Shown piece after piece: positions 1-11,373 of a DNA stretch of 64,000 nt. Source of the stretch: an uncultured delta proteobacterium. GTDB taxonomy: Bacteria; Myxococcota_A; Polyangia; Polyangiales; Polyangiaceae. Numbering within the stretch: the first letter of the stretch is position 1; the number at the start of each line of letters is the position of its first letter. The stretch covers positions 672,001 through 736,000 of the forward strand of contig CAWDXG010000004.1 of NCBI GenBank assembly GCA_963806225.1. The letters run 5' to 3'. The notes beneath the pieces were generated by a model. The model was not told the DNA's origin, did no database searches, and saw only the letters and a list, made by a program, of their open reading frames with translations. A program made the translations under genes and the position numbers.

Positions 1-111
1 GTGCCCCCCGCCAGCGCGCTTCCGAGCGTTCCGCCGACCGCCGCCCCCACCGGCAGCGCCGCGCCGGCTGACAGCGCCGCACCTGCCTCGAGCGCGGAGC
101 CCGGCCGATGA
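1..111 (+). CDS. 3' end of an upstream gene (Ala/Pro/Ser-rich tail), partial
   Basis: Frame 1 is open from base 1 to TGA at 109-111 (VPPASALPSVPPTAAPTGSAAPADS...); ATGA overlap with the next start at 108. Confidence 0.6.
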   Translation: MPPASALPSVPPTAAPTGSAAPADSAAPASSAEPGR

Positions 112-644
112 TCGCCCTCGCACGAACGCTGGCCGCGCTCGGTGCCGCCGCGCTTTTCGTGGCTTGCAGCAGCCCCGAGCCCCGCCACATGGTGGCCCCG
201 GCGCCCTCGTCCAACGCCGTGACGGTCGCCGTCGAGCCGCGCGAGCAGCTCTTGCCAATGTATCCGTGCTCGCGTTGCCACAAGGACCAACCGACGAATC
301 CCCAGCCACGCCAGCTGGTCAAGTTCCACGCCGTGCGCAGCCGCGAGTTCAAGCACGGCGACGGGACCTTCTGGTGCTACCAGTGCCACTCGGTCAAGAA
401 CATCGACAAGCTGCGTACCGCCACGGGCGAGCTCGTGTCGTTCAACGAGGCGTGGAAGGTCTGCACGTCCTGCCACGGCGACAAGCTGCAGCCGTGGACG
501 CAGGGCACCCACGGCCTGATCCTGGGTTTCTGGAACGGGGTGAAGCACAAGAAGTCCTGCCCGAACTGCCACAACCCCCACAACCCGCACCCACCCTTCC
601 CGCCGATCAAGCCGCAGCATCCGCCGCAGCGGCCGCGCGAGTAA
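108..644 (+). CDS. Tetraheme cytochrome c lipoprotein
   Basis: Lipobox FVAC; four CxxCH motifs (CSRCH, CYQCH, CTSCH, CPNCH). Confidence 0.9.
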   Translation: MIALARTLAALGAAALFVACSSPEPRHMVAPAPSSNAVTVAVEPREQLLPMYPCSRCHKDQPTNPQPRQLVKFHAVRSREFKHGDGTFWCYQCHSVKNIDKLRTATGELVSFNEAWKVCTSCHGDKLQPWTQGTHGLILGFWNGVKHKKSCPNCHNPHNPHPPFPPIKPQHPPQRPRE

Positions 645-654
645 GGCACGCGCC

Positions 655-1629
655 ATGTCGAGGAAACTCCCTATCTACCGCGACGACGCCGCCGCCGGCG
701 CACCGACCGCAGCGGACCGCATGGAGAAAGCGGCGGAGATCGGCCTCGGGAAGGACGGCTCGCGCCGGGATTTCCTGCGCGCCGCCGCCGCAGCCGGGCT
801 GGCGATGACCGCGGCGCCCGCCTGCAACGATCCCGGCTTCGAGAAGTTCCTGCGCAAGCACTACAAGGAGCTGACGCCCGACGACAAGAAGCGGGTCTTC
901 GCCAACATCGAGAAGGAAACGCTCCAGAAGACCGGCGTGAAGGTCCACATCTCCGATCCCCAGCCGATCGAGGGCGTGCACTTCGCCTACGGCCTCAACC
1001 TCTCGCACTGCAACGGCAACCGCCGCTGTGTCGAAGCCTGCGCGCGCGAGAACAACGAGCCGAACGACCCGGAGATCCGCTACATCCGCGTGATCGAGCT
1101 CGACAACGGCTCCCACGATCTCGAGGACGGCGAGATGTACTACGACCCGGCGGAAGTTCCCGAGCCGGGCAAGTACTACCTGCCGGTGCAGTGCCACCAC
1201 TGCGACAACGCACCCTGCGTGCGTGCCTGTCCGACGCAGGCCACCTGGAAGGAGCCGGACGGCATCGTCGTCATCGACTACAGCTGGTGCATCGGCTGCC
1301 GCTACTGCATGGCGGCATGCCCGTACTGGGCGCGGCATTTCAACTGGGTGGAACCATCGATCGAGCCAGACCGGATCAACCCCGATCAGGGCTACATCTC
1401 CAATCGCATCCGCCCGGTCGGCGTGGTCGAGAAGTGCACGTTCTGCCTGCACCGGACCCGGAAAGGCCGCTACCCCGCCTGCTACGAGGCGTGCCCGACG
1501 GGTGCGCGCAAGTTCGGCGACCTCGCCGATCCGGAAAGCGAGGTCCGCCAGATCTTCGAACGCCGCCGCGTCTGGATCCTCAAGGAGGAGCTAGGGACGA
1601 AACCGCGCTTCTTCTACTTCTACGGCTGA
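655..1629 (+). CDS. Tat-exported 4Fe-4S dicluster protein (NrfC/DsrO/QrcC family)
   Basis: SRRDFL twin-Arg motif; CNGNRRCVEAC, CHHCDNAPCVRACP, CIGCRYCMAACP, KCTFC...PACYEACP; ends GTKPRFFY. Confidence 0.92.
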   Translation: MSRKLPIYRDDAAAGAPTAADRMEKAAEIGLGKDGSRRDFLRAAAAAGLAMTAAPACNDPGFEKFLRKHYKELTPDDKKRVFANIEKETLQKTGVKVHISDPQPIEGVHFAYGLNLSHCNGNRRCVEACARENNEPNDPEIRYIRVIELDNGSHDLEDGEMYYDPAEVPEPGKYYLPVQCHHCDNAPCVRACPTQATWKEPDGIVVIDYSWCIGCRYCMAACPYWARHFNWVEPSIEPDRINPDQGYISNRIRPVGVVEKCTFCLHRTRKGRYPACYEACPTGARKFGDLADPESEVRQIFERRRVWILKEELGTKPRFFYFYG

Positions 1630-1632
1630 CCC

Positions 1633-1863
1633 ATGAAGTACGACCCCGAAACCCTGAGTCTCGGATTTTCCTCGCAGGAGGAGGTCGAGGAGTTCCATTC
1701 GGAGCTGGTCCTGCTGCTCCGCAGCGCGATGATGACGGCGACCCGCCGCATTCCCGACTCGCAACAGGCCAAAGAGGTCTCGCGCGAGGTCATCAAGGAC
1801 AACCGCGCGGTGATGCGCGCCCTGAACCTGGTGCGCCACACGCTGGCCAGGAAGGCTTTCTAG
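1633..1863 (+). CDS. Small hypothetical protein within the redox operon
   Basis: 76-aa ORF with 3 and 9 nt gaps to its neighbours and high GC3. Confidence 0.75.
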   Translation: MKYDPETLSLGFSSQEEVEEFHSELVLLLRSAMMTATRRIPDSQQAKEVSREVIKDNRAVMRALNLVRHTLARKAF

Positions 1864-1872
1864 CGAGGCGGC

Positions 1873-3168
1873 ATGAAGCGGTATCTCGTATTCTGGGGCA
1901 AGGTCCTGCGCCGCATCTTCGTCGGCAGCGTCCAGTACTACGTCTGGATGGCGACGCTGCTCGGCATCATCGTGCTGGGCTTCCTGTTCTACTGGCAGCA
2001 GCACCTGCACGGCATGATCACGACGAACATGACCGATCAGGTGAGCTGGGGCGCGTACATCGCGAACTTCACCTATCTGGTCGGCGTCGCCGCGGCGGCC
2101 GTGCTCCTGGTCGTGCCCTCGTACATCTACCATCGCCACGACGTGCACCAGGTCGTGCTGCTCGGCGAGATCCTCGCGTTCTCGGCGGTGAGCATGTGCC
2201 TGATGTTCATCACCGTCGACCTGGGCCGGCCGGACCGCTTCTATCACATCATGCCCTGGGTCGGCCGGATGAACTTCCCGATCTCGATGCTGGCCTGGGA
2301 CGTCGTCGTCATCAACGGGTACTTCTTCCTCAACCTCTACGTACCCGTGTACCTCTTGTACAAGCTGTACAAGCGCGAGTCGCCACAGTGGTACATGTAT
2401 CTGCCGTTCGTGATGCTGTCGATCTTCTGGGCCGTCAGCATCCACACGGTCACGGCGTTCCTGTATAGCGGCTTCGGCAGCCGGCCCTTCTGGAACTCGG
2501 CCATCCTGGCGCCGCGCTTCCTGATCGGCGCGTTCGCCTCGGGGCCGGCAATCCTGTACGTCGTCTTCCTCGCGATCAATCGCTGGAGCGACTACGAGGT
2601 CAAGGAGAGCGTGTTCACCTACCTCCGGCGGGTGATGACGTACGTCCTGCCGGTGAACCTGTTCCTGTTCGGCTGCGAGCTCTTCAAGGAGTTCTACACG
2701 CAGACGGGCGAGGTCTCCTCGTCGTACTACATGCTGTTCGGCCTGCACGGTCACCACAAGATCGTCCCCTACGTGTGGGGCGCCATCGTGATGGAAGTGG
2801 TGGCCATGGTCGTTCTCTCGGTCCCGAAGCTCTACAACAACCGCAACCTGCTCGTGACCTCGTGTGTCTTCATCGCGCTCGGCATCTGGGTCGAGAAGGG
2901 CATGGGCCTCATCATCCCGGGATTCGTGCCCGACCCGCTTGGGGAGGTGGTCGAGTACGGGCCCTCGGTGACCGAGTTCTTCGTCAGCGCCGGCGTGTGG
3001 GCGGCGGGCGCGTTCCTGTACACGGCGTTTGCGCGCGTCGCTACGGGCATCCTCTCCGGCAACATCAGCGAGCACCCCGAGCTCGGGCCGCCGATGGACG
3101 CGCTGATGGCGGGCGAGCACGAGCCCGAGGAAGGCTCCCAAGCCGCCGAGAGCGCCGCGCACGCCTAG
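1873..3168 (+). CDS. NrfD/PsrC/DsrP-family polytopic membrane subunit
   Basis: Many TM helices; VSWGAYIANFTYLVGVAA, VDLGRPDRF, SIHTVTAF, APRFL, WVEKG motifs. Confidence 0.92.
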   Translation: MKRYLVFWGKVLRRIFVGSVQYYVWMATLLGIIVLGFLFYWQQHLHGMITTNMTDQVSWGAYIANFTYLVGVAAAAVLLVVPSYIYHRHDVHQVVLLGEILAFSAVSMCLMFITVDLGRPDRFYHIMPWVGRMNFPISMLAWDVVVINGYFFLNLYVPVYLLYKLYKRESPQWYMYLPFVMLSIFWAVSIHTVTAFLYSGFGSRPFWNSAILAPRFLIGAFASGPAILYVVFLAINRWSDYEVKESVFTYLRRVMTYVLPVNLFLFGCELFKEFYTQTGEVSSSYYMLFGLHGHHKIVPYVWGAIVMEVVAMVVLSVPKLYNNRNLLVTSCVFIALGIWVEKGMGLIIPGFVPDPLGEVVEYGPSVTEFFVSAGVWAAGAFLYTAFARVATGILSGNISEHPELGPPMDALMAGEHEPEEGSQAAESAAHA

Positions 3169-3234
3169 AGCCCATCTCGCCGGGCGTGGCGGCGGGGTCG
3201 GCACAACTTTCGTACGAGGCGCGCCGCCCGGCAA

Positions 3235-4728
3235 ATGCTGTACCCTGCGGTCATGTTCGACCCCGGGCAGCAGCTCCGCGAGTACGAGATCTGGGGACGC
3301 CTGGGTGGCGGGGGGATGAGCGATGTGTGGCTGGCGCGCCACCGCGATCTCGCCATCCCGGTCATCGTCAAGACGCTGCGCCCGGATCTCAACGTCCCGC
3401 CCCAGGAGCGTGCCGAGCGCATGCTCACCGAGGCGCAGCTGATGGCGCGCATCACCAGCCCCTATGTGGTGCGCGCCTACAACGTCGGCACGCACCGCGA
3501 CACGCCGTACATGGCGCAGGAATACGTCGACGGCATCGATCTGAACGAGCTCGATCACGCGCGGCGCGAGTCGGTCGGGCACGGGCTGCCGCTGTGGTTC
3601 GTGTGCGAGGCCGCTGCCGACATCGCGCGCGCACTGCACGCGGCGCATCAGCACGGCGTGCTTCACCGCGACATCAAGCCCTCCAATTTCTTCGGCTCGC
3701 CCGAGCTCGGAACCAAGCTCGGCGACTTCGGTATTGCTGTCGCCAGACCGGTCGGGCAGATCATCGCGGGCGACGCCAGCGGCACGCTGCGCTTCATGGC
3801 GCCCGAAGCGCTGCGCGGCGAGACGCTCGATCGCCGCGCCGATGTGTTCGGGCTCGGCGCCGCTGTCTTCGACCTGCGCTACGGCTCGCCGCCGTTCCCC
3901 GATCCGCGCGTGCTGCTGGACAGCAAGCCTCGCCCCGCTTTCCCGCCGCCCACCGGGCCGGAGGAAGCGTACTTCCAGCACGTGCTAGCCCGTATGCTCG
4001 CCTGCGAGCGCGAGCAACGCTATCCGACGCTCGCCAAACCGGGGAGACTGCTCGGCGCACTGGCTCGCAATGCGCCGCGGCCGGCCGCGCCGACGCGCAG
4101 CGAAGCGGGCTTGTCACAGAACGGCACGCGCATCAGCACCGAGGTCGGCAACATCGCCGAAGCGAAGGTGGACGGCATCGTCAACAGCGCCAACTGGCAG
4201 CTCCACATGCAGACCGGCGTCGGTGACGCCCTCCGCCGCGCCGGCGGCGACGCCATCGAGGCCGAGGCGCAGGCCGGGGGCGAACACCCGCTCGGCGCGT
4301 GCGTCGTGACCGGCCCGGGGCGTCTCGACTGCCGGAAGGTGCTGCACGCCGTCAGCGCGTGGCAGCAGGCGTCCTGCGTCGGGCGCTCGACGCAACGCGC
4401 GCTGCTCGCCGCCGAGCGGCTCGGTCTCCGCTCGCTCGCCCTGCCCGCCCTCGGCACAGGCGCCGCCGCCGTGGCGTTCGAGGCGTCGGCTGCGGCGATG
4501 GCCTCGGCGCTGCGCTGGCACCTCGCCCTGGGCGGCTCGAGGCTCGAGCACGTGCGCTTCGTGCTGTACGACGAGGACAAGCGCCGCGTGTTCACCGACG
4601 TGCTCGAAGCGGCCCTGCTCGGCGAGAGCGACGACCACGCCGACCTCGGCCTCGAAGCCACCGGCGACGCAAACAGCGACGACGACATCTCCGCCGATGG
4701 CCCGACGTACTACGCGCCGGGAAGCTAG
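3235..4728 (+). CDS. Ser/Thr protein kinase fused to a C-terminal macro domain
   Basis: GGGGMSDV, VIVK, HRDIKPSN, DFG, GTLRFMAPE; then GNIAEAKVDGIVNSAN...GVGDAL...VLHAV...ALPALGTG. Confidence 0.88.
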   Translation: MLYPAVMFDPGQQLREYEIWGRLGGGGMSDVWLARHRDLAIPVIVKTLRPDLNVPPQERAERMLTEAQLMARITSPYVVRAYNVGTHRDTPYMAQEYVDGIDLNELDHARRESVGHGLPLWFVCEAAADIARALHAAHQHGVLHRDIKPSNFFGSPELGTKLGDFGIAVARPVGQIIAGDASGTLRFMAPEALRGETLDRRADVFGLGAAVFDLRYGSPPFPDPRVLLDSKPRPAFPPPTGPEEAYFQHVLARMLACEREQRYPTLAKPGRLLGALARNAPRPAAPTRSEAGLSQNGTRISTEVGNIAEAKVDGIVNSANWQLHMQTGVGDALRRAGGDAIEAEAQAGGEHPLGACVVTGPGRLDCRKVLHAVSAWQQASCVGRSTQRALLAAERLGLRSLALPALGTGAAAVAFEASAAAMASALRWHLALGGSRLEHVRFVLYDEDKRRVFTDVLEAALLGESDDHADLGLEATGDANSDDDISADGPTYYAPGS

Positions 4729-4735
4729 TTTTCGC

Positions 4736-5617
4736 ATGGCCACGCGACGCACACCCTTCTTCGCCGGGGCGCTAGCCCTGGTGCTGCTGACGGGCTGCCA
4801 CCACGACACGGACGACAGTAAGGCGAAGCAGGCGCACCAGCAGCTGGCGACATCGACCGGTAGGCAGTGCGCGTCGGACGCCGACTGCGTCACCGGCAAG
4901 CCCTGCGTGCGGGCGCGCTGCGTGGACGGGCATTGCCGGGCCCAGCTCGCAACGGCGGGAACCGACTGCGACAACGGCGACGTGTGCGACGGCGTCGCGC
5001 GCTGCGACCAGCGCGGCGTGTGCAGCCCCGGCGCACCCCCGGCCGTCGACGACAAGAACGCCTGCACCGTCGATTCGTGCGACCCGGTCCGGGGCGTCCT
5101 GCACACGCCCGTGGACGTCGACGACCACGACGTGTGCACGACCGACAGCTGCAATCCTGCGAACGGGGTCACGCACACGCCCGTGGACACCGATGACGGT
5201 GACGACTGCACCTTCGACAGCTGCGACCCGGAAGCAGGCGTCACGCACAAGAAGCCAGAGTCGGTCTACACCTGCAACTCGAGCTGCGGAGCGGGCTATC
5301 ATCCGGTCTCGCGCAGTCCCAGCGCACAGTGCGGCGGCAGGGATGCTCTGCAGACCTTCTGCGCCCCGGACTGCGGAGCCTCCTTCTACAGCTGCGACGC
5401 GCGCTGCCCCGAGCGCTACCACGCCGTGTCCCGCTCGCCGGCCACGCGCTGCGGCGCGGAAGGTACGCTGTACACCTTCTGCCAGAAGGACGACGAAGCC
5501 GGCTTCTATACCTGCGACGCGAGCTGCCCGCAGGGCTACCGGAAGACGACCAGCGCACCGAGCTCGCACTGCGGCCCCGATGCGTCGACGATGATCCGCT
5601 GCGTCGCGGCGCGGTAG
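4736..5617 (+). CDS. Cys-rich repeat lipoprotein
   Basis: Lipobox LLTGC; three DDxxxCTxDSCxPxxGVxH repeats and three (F/V)Y(T/S)CxxxCxxxY...CG repeats. Confidence 0.8.
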   Translation: MATRRTPFFAGALALVLLTGCHHDTDDSKAKQAHQQLATSTGRQCASDADCVTGKPCVRARCVDGHCRAQLATAGTDCDNGDVCDGVARCDQRGVCSPGAPPAVDDKNACTVDSCDPVRGVLHTPVDVDDHDVCTTDSCNPANGVTHTPVDTDDGDDCTFDSCDPEAGVTHKKPESVYTCNSSCGAGYHPVSRSPSAQCGGRDALQTFCAPDCGASFYSCDARCPERYHAVSRSPATRCGAEGTLYTFCQKDDEAGFYTCDASCPQGYRKTTSAPSSHCGPDASTMIRCVAAR

Positions 5618-5624
5618 GTATGGA

Positions 5625-5662
5625 GCTCGGCTTTTCGCTCGAGCATCAGCGGAAAGCCGAGC
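5625..5662. terminator. Hairpin between convergent genes, likely terminator
   Basis: gctcggcttttcgct / agcggaaagccgagc, 15-bp stem with one G-U pair. Confidence 0.55.
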
Positions 5663-5668
5663 CCTGGG

Positions 5669-6091
5669 CTAGATCTCGACCGAGGCGTAGCCGAGCCGCT
5701 GCAGCCGGATCACCTCGAGCAGGCCGTTCGGCACACTGACGACGCCGGGTTCGAGATCGGTCTTCTTGACCCCGAGCTTGTGCATCGACAGCTCGCACGC
5801 GACAACGCGCACGCCCTGCGAGATCGCCTGGTCGAGCAGCGCTGCCTGGGGGCTGCCGCGCTCGATGGCGGTGAGCGCTTTGCCACAGACGACGACGCTG
5901 ACGTGATCCGCGCTGTGCCCGGCAAGCATCTGCTGGGTCGTCTTCAGCGACACCGGCAGGTGCGGCACCTGGCTCACCAGGATCACGACGCCGCCGTTCG
6001 CCACCACGCCGCCGGTAGAGGCCGGCGCGGCCGGCTTCGACGCACAGCCGGTCAGTGCGAACACGACGAACAGGACTGCGAGCGCCCTCAT
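5669..6091 (-). CDS. DsrE-family exported lipoprotein
   Basis: Lipobox LTGC; VVVCGKAL...VVACELSM...VPNGLLEVIRLQRLGY. Confidence 0.78.
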   Translation of the reverse strand: MRALAVLFVVFALTGCASKPAAPASTGGVVANGGVVILVSQVPHLPVSLKTTQQMLAGHSADHVSVVVCGKALTAIERGSPQAALLDQAISQGVRVVACELSMHKLGVKKTDLEPGVVSVPNGLLEVIRLQRLGYASVEI

Positions 6092-6555
6092 GACGCTACC
6101 TCGGCCGGCACACGCGCACGGCGCGACGACAACCAGTTGTCGAGGCTTGGCACGTTTACGCCTGCCCCCTGCAGCGCGAAATGCAGCAGCCCGCCGAAGA
6201 GCCCGATGTTCTTGAACAGCGGCCCGATGTGCGCCGGCGAGAGCTGGACGGTGAGGGTAATCGGGAGCAGCACCAACATCAGCGCCAGCGCGGCTCCCCG
6301 GGTGCAGAGTCCCAGGAGCAGCGCCACGCCACCAGCCGCGAGCACCAGGCCGCTGGCAGACACCAGCACGGGCGCCGGACCCAATGCCAGCGCGAGGTGG
6401 GCAAACGGTGCGGCCTCGAGGCGCGGCACGATGCGCTCGGGGTGGAACAGGTGCGCGAAACCGGCAACGCAGAAGATGCCGCTCGAGAGCACCCGGAATG
6501 CGAGCTCGCCGCGAGGCGAGCCGGAGGACAGGGAGTTTCGTGAAATGTCAGTCAA
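6088..6555 (-). CDS. DoxX-family membrane protein
   Basis: FRVLSSGIFCVAGFAH...LLLGLCTRGAA...GPLFKNIGLFGGLL; TTG start at 6555 after an AAGGA SD; overlaps the DsrE start. Confidence 0.8.
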   Translation of the reverse strand: MTDISRNSLSSGSPRGELAFRVLSSGIFCVAGFAHLFHPERIVPRLEAAPFAHLALALGPAPVLVSASGLVLAAGGVALLLGLCTRGAALALMLVLLPITLTVQLSPAHIGPLFKNIGLFGGLLHFALQGAGVNVPSLDNWLSSRRARVPAEVAS

Positions 6556-6738
6556 AGGAGTTTTCCTTGTGCAGTAGACCCGTGATGCGCGACCGCGGGC
6601 AGGCGTCTGGCGGGCTGGGCGCTGCCAGCGTGGTCCCGCGGGCGCGGTTCGGCGCGCGCCGCTCCCGGATGGGATCGCGCGCACCACGCGGAAGCGGACG
6701 CGTGGCGCGTCCGGACGATGTGGGTTCGATAACGGAGA

Positions 6739-7131
6739 TCAGCTGCGTCTGGGCGGAGGCGTAGGCGGCCCCGTCGCCATGCAGGCCGGCTGCTCGACGG
6801 CCGGCCGGTGCAGGCCGTCGAACGCCGGGCGCGGCGCGAAGACCGGCCGGACAGGCGGAATCGCCGCGGAGGAGGGCGGACAGGGCCGCGCGTGACCGGA
6901 CGCGCTGGACTCGGCGCCGCCCTGGTCGTCCTTCAAGCCGGCCGGAAAATGCAGCGCCGCCGGCACGCCCGGGCGCGCTGGCGCGAACTTGTCGTGTCCG
7001 CAGCCCGGTGCCTGCCACCCTGCGGCCCGCGAGCCCCCGAACGCGAGCACCGATACCACGGCAAGCACGGCAAGTGCCGGAAGCGCGACGAGCGAGCCCG
7101 GCCGGACATGCGGATGGGGGGTGTCCTTCAC
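6739..7131 (-). CDS. Putative small exported/membrane Pro-rich protein, possible leader ORF
   Basis: GTG at 7131; hydrophobic stretch LVALPALAVLAVVSVLAF; C-terminus CMATGPPTPPPRRS; fills an otherwise empty gap. Confidence 0.45.
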   Translation of the reverse strand: MKDTPHPHVRPGSLVALPALAVLAVVSVLAFGGSRAAGWQAPGCGHDKFAPARPGVPAALHFPAGLKDDQGGAESSASGHARPCPPSSAAIPPVRPVFAPRPAFDGLHRPAVEQPACMATGPPTPPPRRS

Positions 7132-7222
7132 TTGCCGGCGGGTACGCCGGCTAGCCCGGGCCGGTTTCCCGCTGCCGGTCACTCGTAATTGCGCCCGGGC
7201 TCTGCCACTCACCCATCAACCC

Positions 7223-7645
7223 ATGTCATTCGACGATACGGTAGGGTCTATGCCAGTCACCGACGGAGACGACCCCGGCACCGACCGCGGCTCGCGACCT
7301 TCCTTTTCCGGCGATCGACGCTCGTCACCACGGATTGCTGTCGAGGCGGAGCTCGGTTTCCAGTCCGAGACCAACTTCTTCAACGGGTTCTCCGAAGATC
7401 TCTCCGATGGCGGGCTGTTCATCGCGACCTACAACGTGCTGCCGATCGGCAGCGAGCTCACGGTGACGTTCGGTCTGCCCGAGGGTCGCGAGATCACCGC
7501 CGAGGGTCGCGTGGCCTGGGTCCGCGAGCCGCACGGCGATGTCTCGCCTGGCATGGGCATCCGCTTCACCGAGCTGGGCGACGACGACCACGCTGCGATC
7601 CTGCGCTTCATCGGCGAGCGCCCGCCCGTCTTCTACGACGCGTGA
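7223..7645 (+). CDS. PilZ-domain protein (myxobacterial TIGR02266 type)
   Basis: DRRSSPRI; SETNFFNGFSEDLSDGGLFIAT; GRVAWVRE; PGMGIRF; RPPVFYD. Confidence 0.88.
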   Translation: MSFDDTVGSMPVTDGDDPGTDRGSRPSFSGDRRSSPRIAVEAELGFQSETNFFNGFSEDLSDGGLFIATYNVLPIGSELTVTFGLPEGREITAEGRVAWVREPHGDVSPGMGIRFTELGDDDHAAILRFIGERPPVFYDA

Positions 7646-7755
7646 CGAGGGAAGGTCGCCGCGGGGCGAACGCCGGACGCGCCCGGCGGAGTGACGACGC
7701 CGGGGCGCCGCGGTAGACTCCGCGCTTCCCTTTCCGGCCCGGGGGCCCAGAGGTC

Positions 7756-9797
<2,042 letters not shown>

Positions 9798-9801
<4 letters not shown>

Positions 9802-11105
9802 ATCAGCTCGAACTTGCTCCGGAGGTCTTCACCGAACGGCTGGCGCAGCACGGGGGCCGCGCGTACATCGTGCGTGATCGCACGGGCAGCCTGTTGGCTT
9901 CCCACGATTTCCTGGGGAAGCTCGTCGACTTCCTGCACCAGGACAAGCGGGACCACCTCGAACACGAAGCGCTGTTCTTCGAAGTGGGCCCCGAAACCGG
10001 CGCGCTGCTCACGGCGTTCGTGCACCAGACCACGCGGGGCCAGGGAGCCGGCGGCGTGCGGCACTGGAAGTACGCGCGACTCGAAGATCTGCTGCGCGAT
10101 GGCCTCCGGCTTTCGGTGGGAATGACGCGCAAGAACGCCCTGGCGGGTCTGTGGTGGGGCGGCGCCAAAGGCGTCATCGCGCGCCAGCCTGGCGATCGCT
10201 ACCAGGATCCGGAGTATCGCAGGCAGCTCTACCGCGAGTACGGCAGCTTCATCAGCTCGCTCCGCGGTTGCTACGTCACTGCCGAAGACGCGGGCACGAC
10301 GCCCCCGGACATGCTCGAGGTGTTTTCACGCACGCGACACACCACGTGCATTCCGCCGGCCTTTGGCGGTTCCGGCAATCCCTCGGAGCCGACGGCCAAG
10401 GGCGTGGTCTGTGCCATGGAGGCCGCGCTGGATTTCCATGCTCTGGGCAACCTGGAGGGCAAGACCATCGCCATGCAGGGAGCCGGCAACGTGTCCGGTT
10501 TCATGATCGGCGAGCTGCTCGCTCGCGGCGTCGCGCGCATCGTGGCCAGTGAGATCTCGAAAGAGCGCATCGCCGAGCTCGAGGGCAGCATTCGCGATGC
10601 GCGCCTTTCGCTGCGCCACGTCATGCCGGATGATCTGTCGATCTTCGACGAGCCAGCCGACGTTCTGGCGCCCAATGGACTCGGTGGCGTGTTGAACCCG
10701 GACACGATCCCGCGCATCCGCGCCAGGCTCGTGTGCGGTGCCGCAAACAACCAGCTGCTCGATGCCGAGCGGGACGATCGCGCGCTGTCCGCGCGAGATA
10801 TCAGCTACGTCCCCGACTTCTTGTGCAACCGCATGGGCATCGTGAACTGCGCGAACGAGCAATACGGCTCCATTTTGGACGACCCCGCCGTCCAGCGCCA
10901 CTTCAGCCGCGACTGGGAAAGCTCCATCTTCGTCGTGACCCAGCGCGTGCTCGCCCGCGCCCGCGACGAAGGCCTGACGACCGCCACCGCGGCCACGCTC
11001 ATCGCCGACGAGCTCGCGCGCCGGCCCCATCCGCTCTGGCCCGAGCGCAGCCGGCAGATCATCGAAGGCCTCGTCTCGAGCGGCTGGCACCAGCAGCGAG
11101 CGTAG
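9798..11105 (+). CDS. Glu/Leu/Phe/Val dehydrogenase family protein
   Basis: GAGGVR, GMTRKNA, GGAKGVI, YVTAEDAGT, GNPSEPTAKGV, QGAGNV, CGAANNQL, YVPDFLCN; ATGA overlap with the YgfK-like stop. Confidence 0.9.
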
Positions 11106-11373
11106 AGCAGCGGGTCGAACGAGGAGCTCTAGCGAGCGTCCCCGTCCCGCTTCGGCATGCCCGCGCGCGGTCAATGCGAGCGCGCGGAGCGTCGGATCCG
11201 CGCTCCGCTCGAGGAAGAAGAGCACGCTGTTGTAGCCCTCGACGCGACCAGCGATGCGCTTCATCGCCGGACGGTACCGCCGCTCGCGGCAGAGCGCGTT
11301 GGCGATCGCATCGCCCCGAGGCCGCTCCCGGCGTGTCATGCACGATGTCCAGATTGCGCCCAGAGCGAGGCGC

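Noticed and set aside
655..3168. Calling the operon dsrOP, qrcCD or nrfCD, implying sulfate reduction or nitrite ammonification
   Set aside because: Family membership is clear, but the catalytic subunits are not in the window and orthology needs a phylogeny.
1591..3981. Long antisense and alternate-frame ORFs (e.g. 1591..3981-, 7633..9744-, 34147..37293+, 39087..41306-)
   Set aside because: Shadow ORFs of high-GC genes; Arg/Ala-rich and motif-free, overlapping genes with clear family motifs.
11106..11373. Possible small gene between the amino-acid DH and the minus-strand lipoprotein
   Set aside because: No candidate ORF has a convincing start, stop and motif; it may be a remnant.
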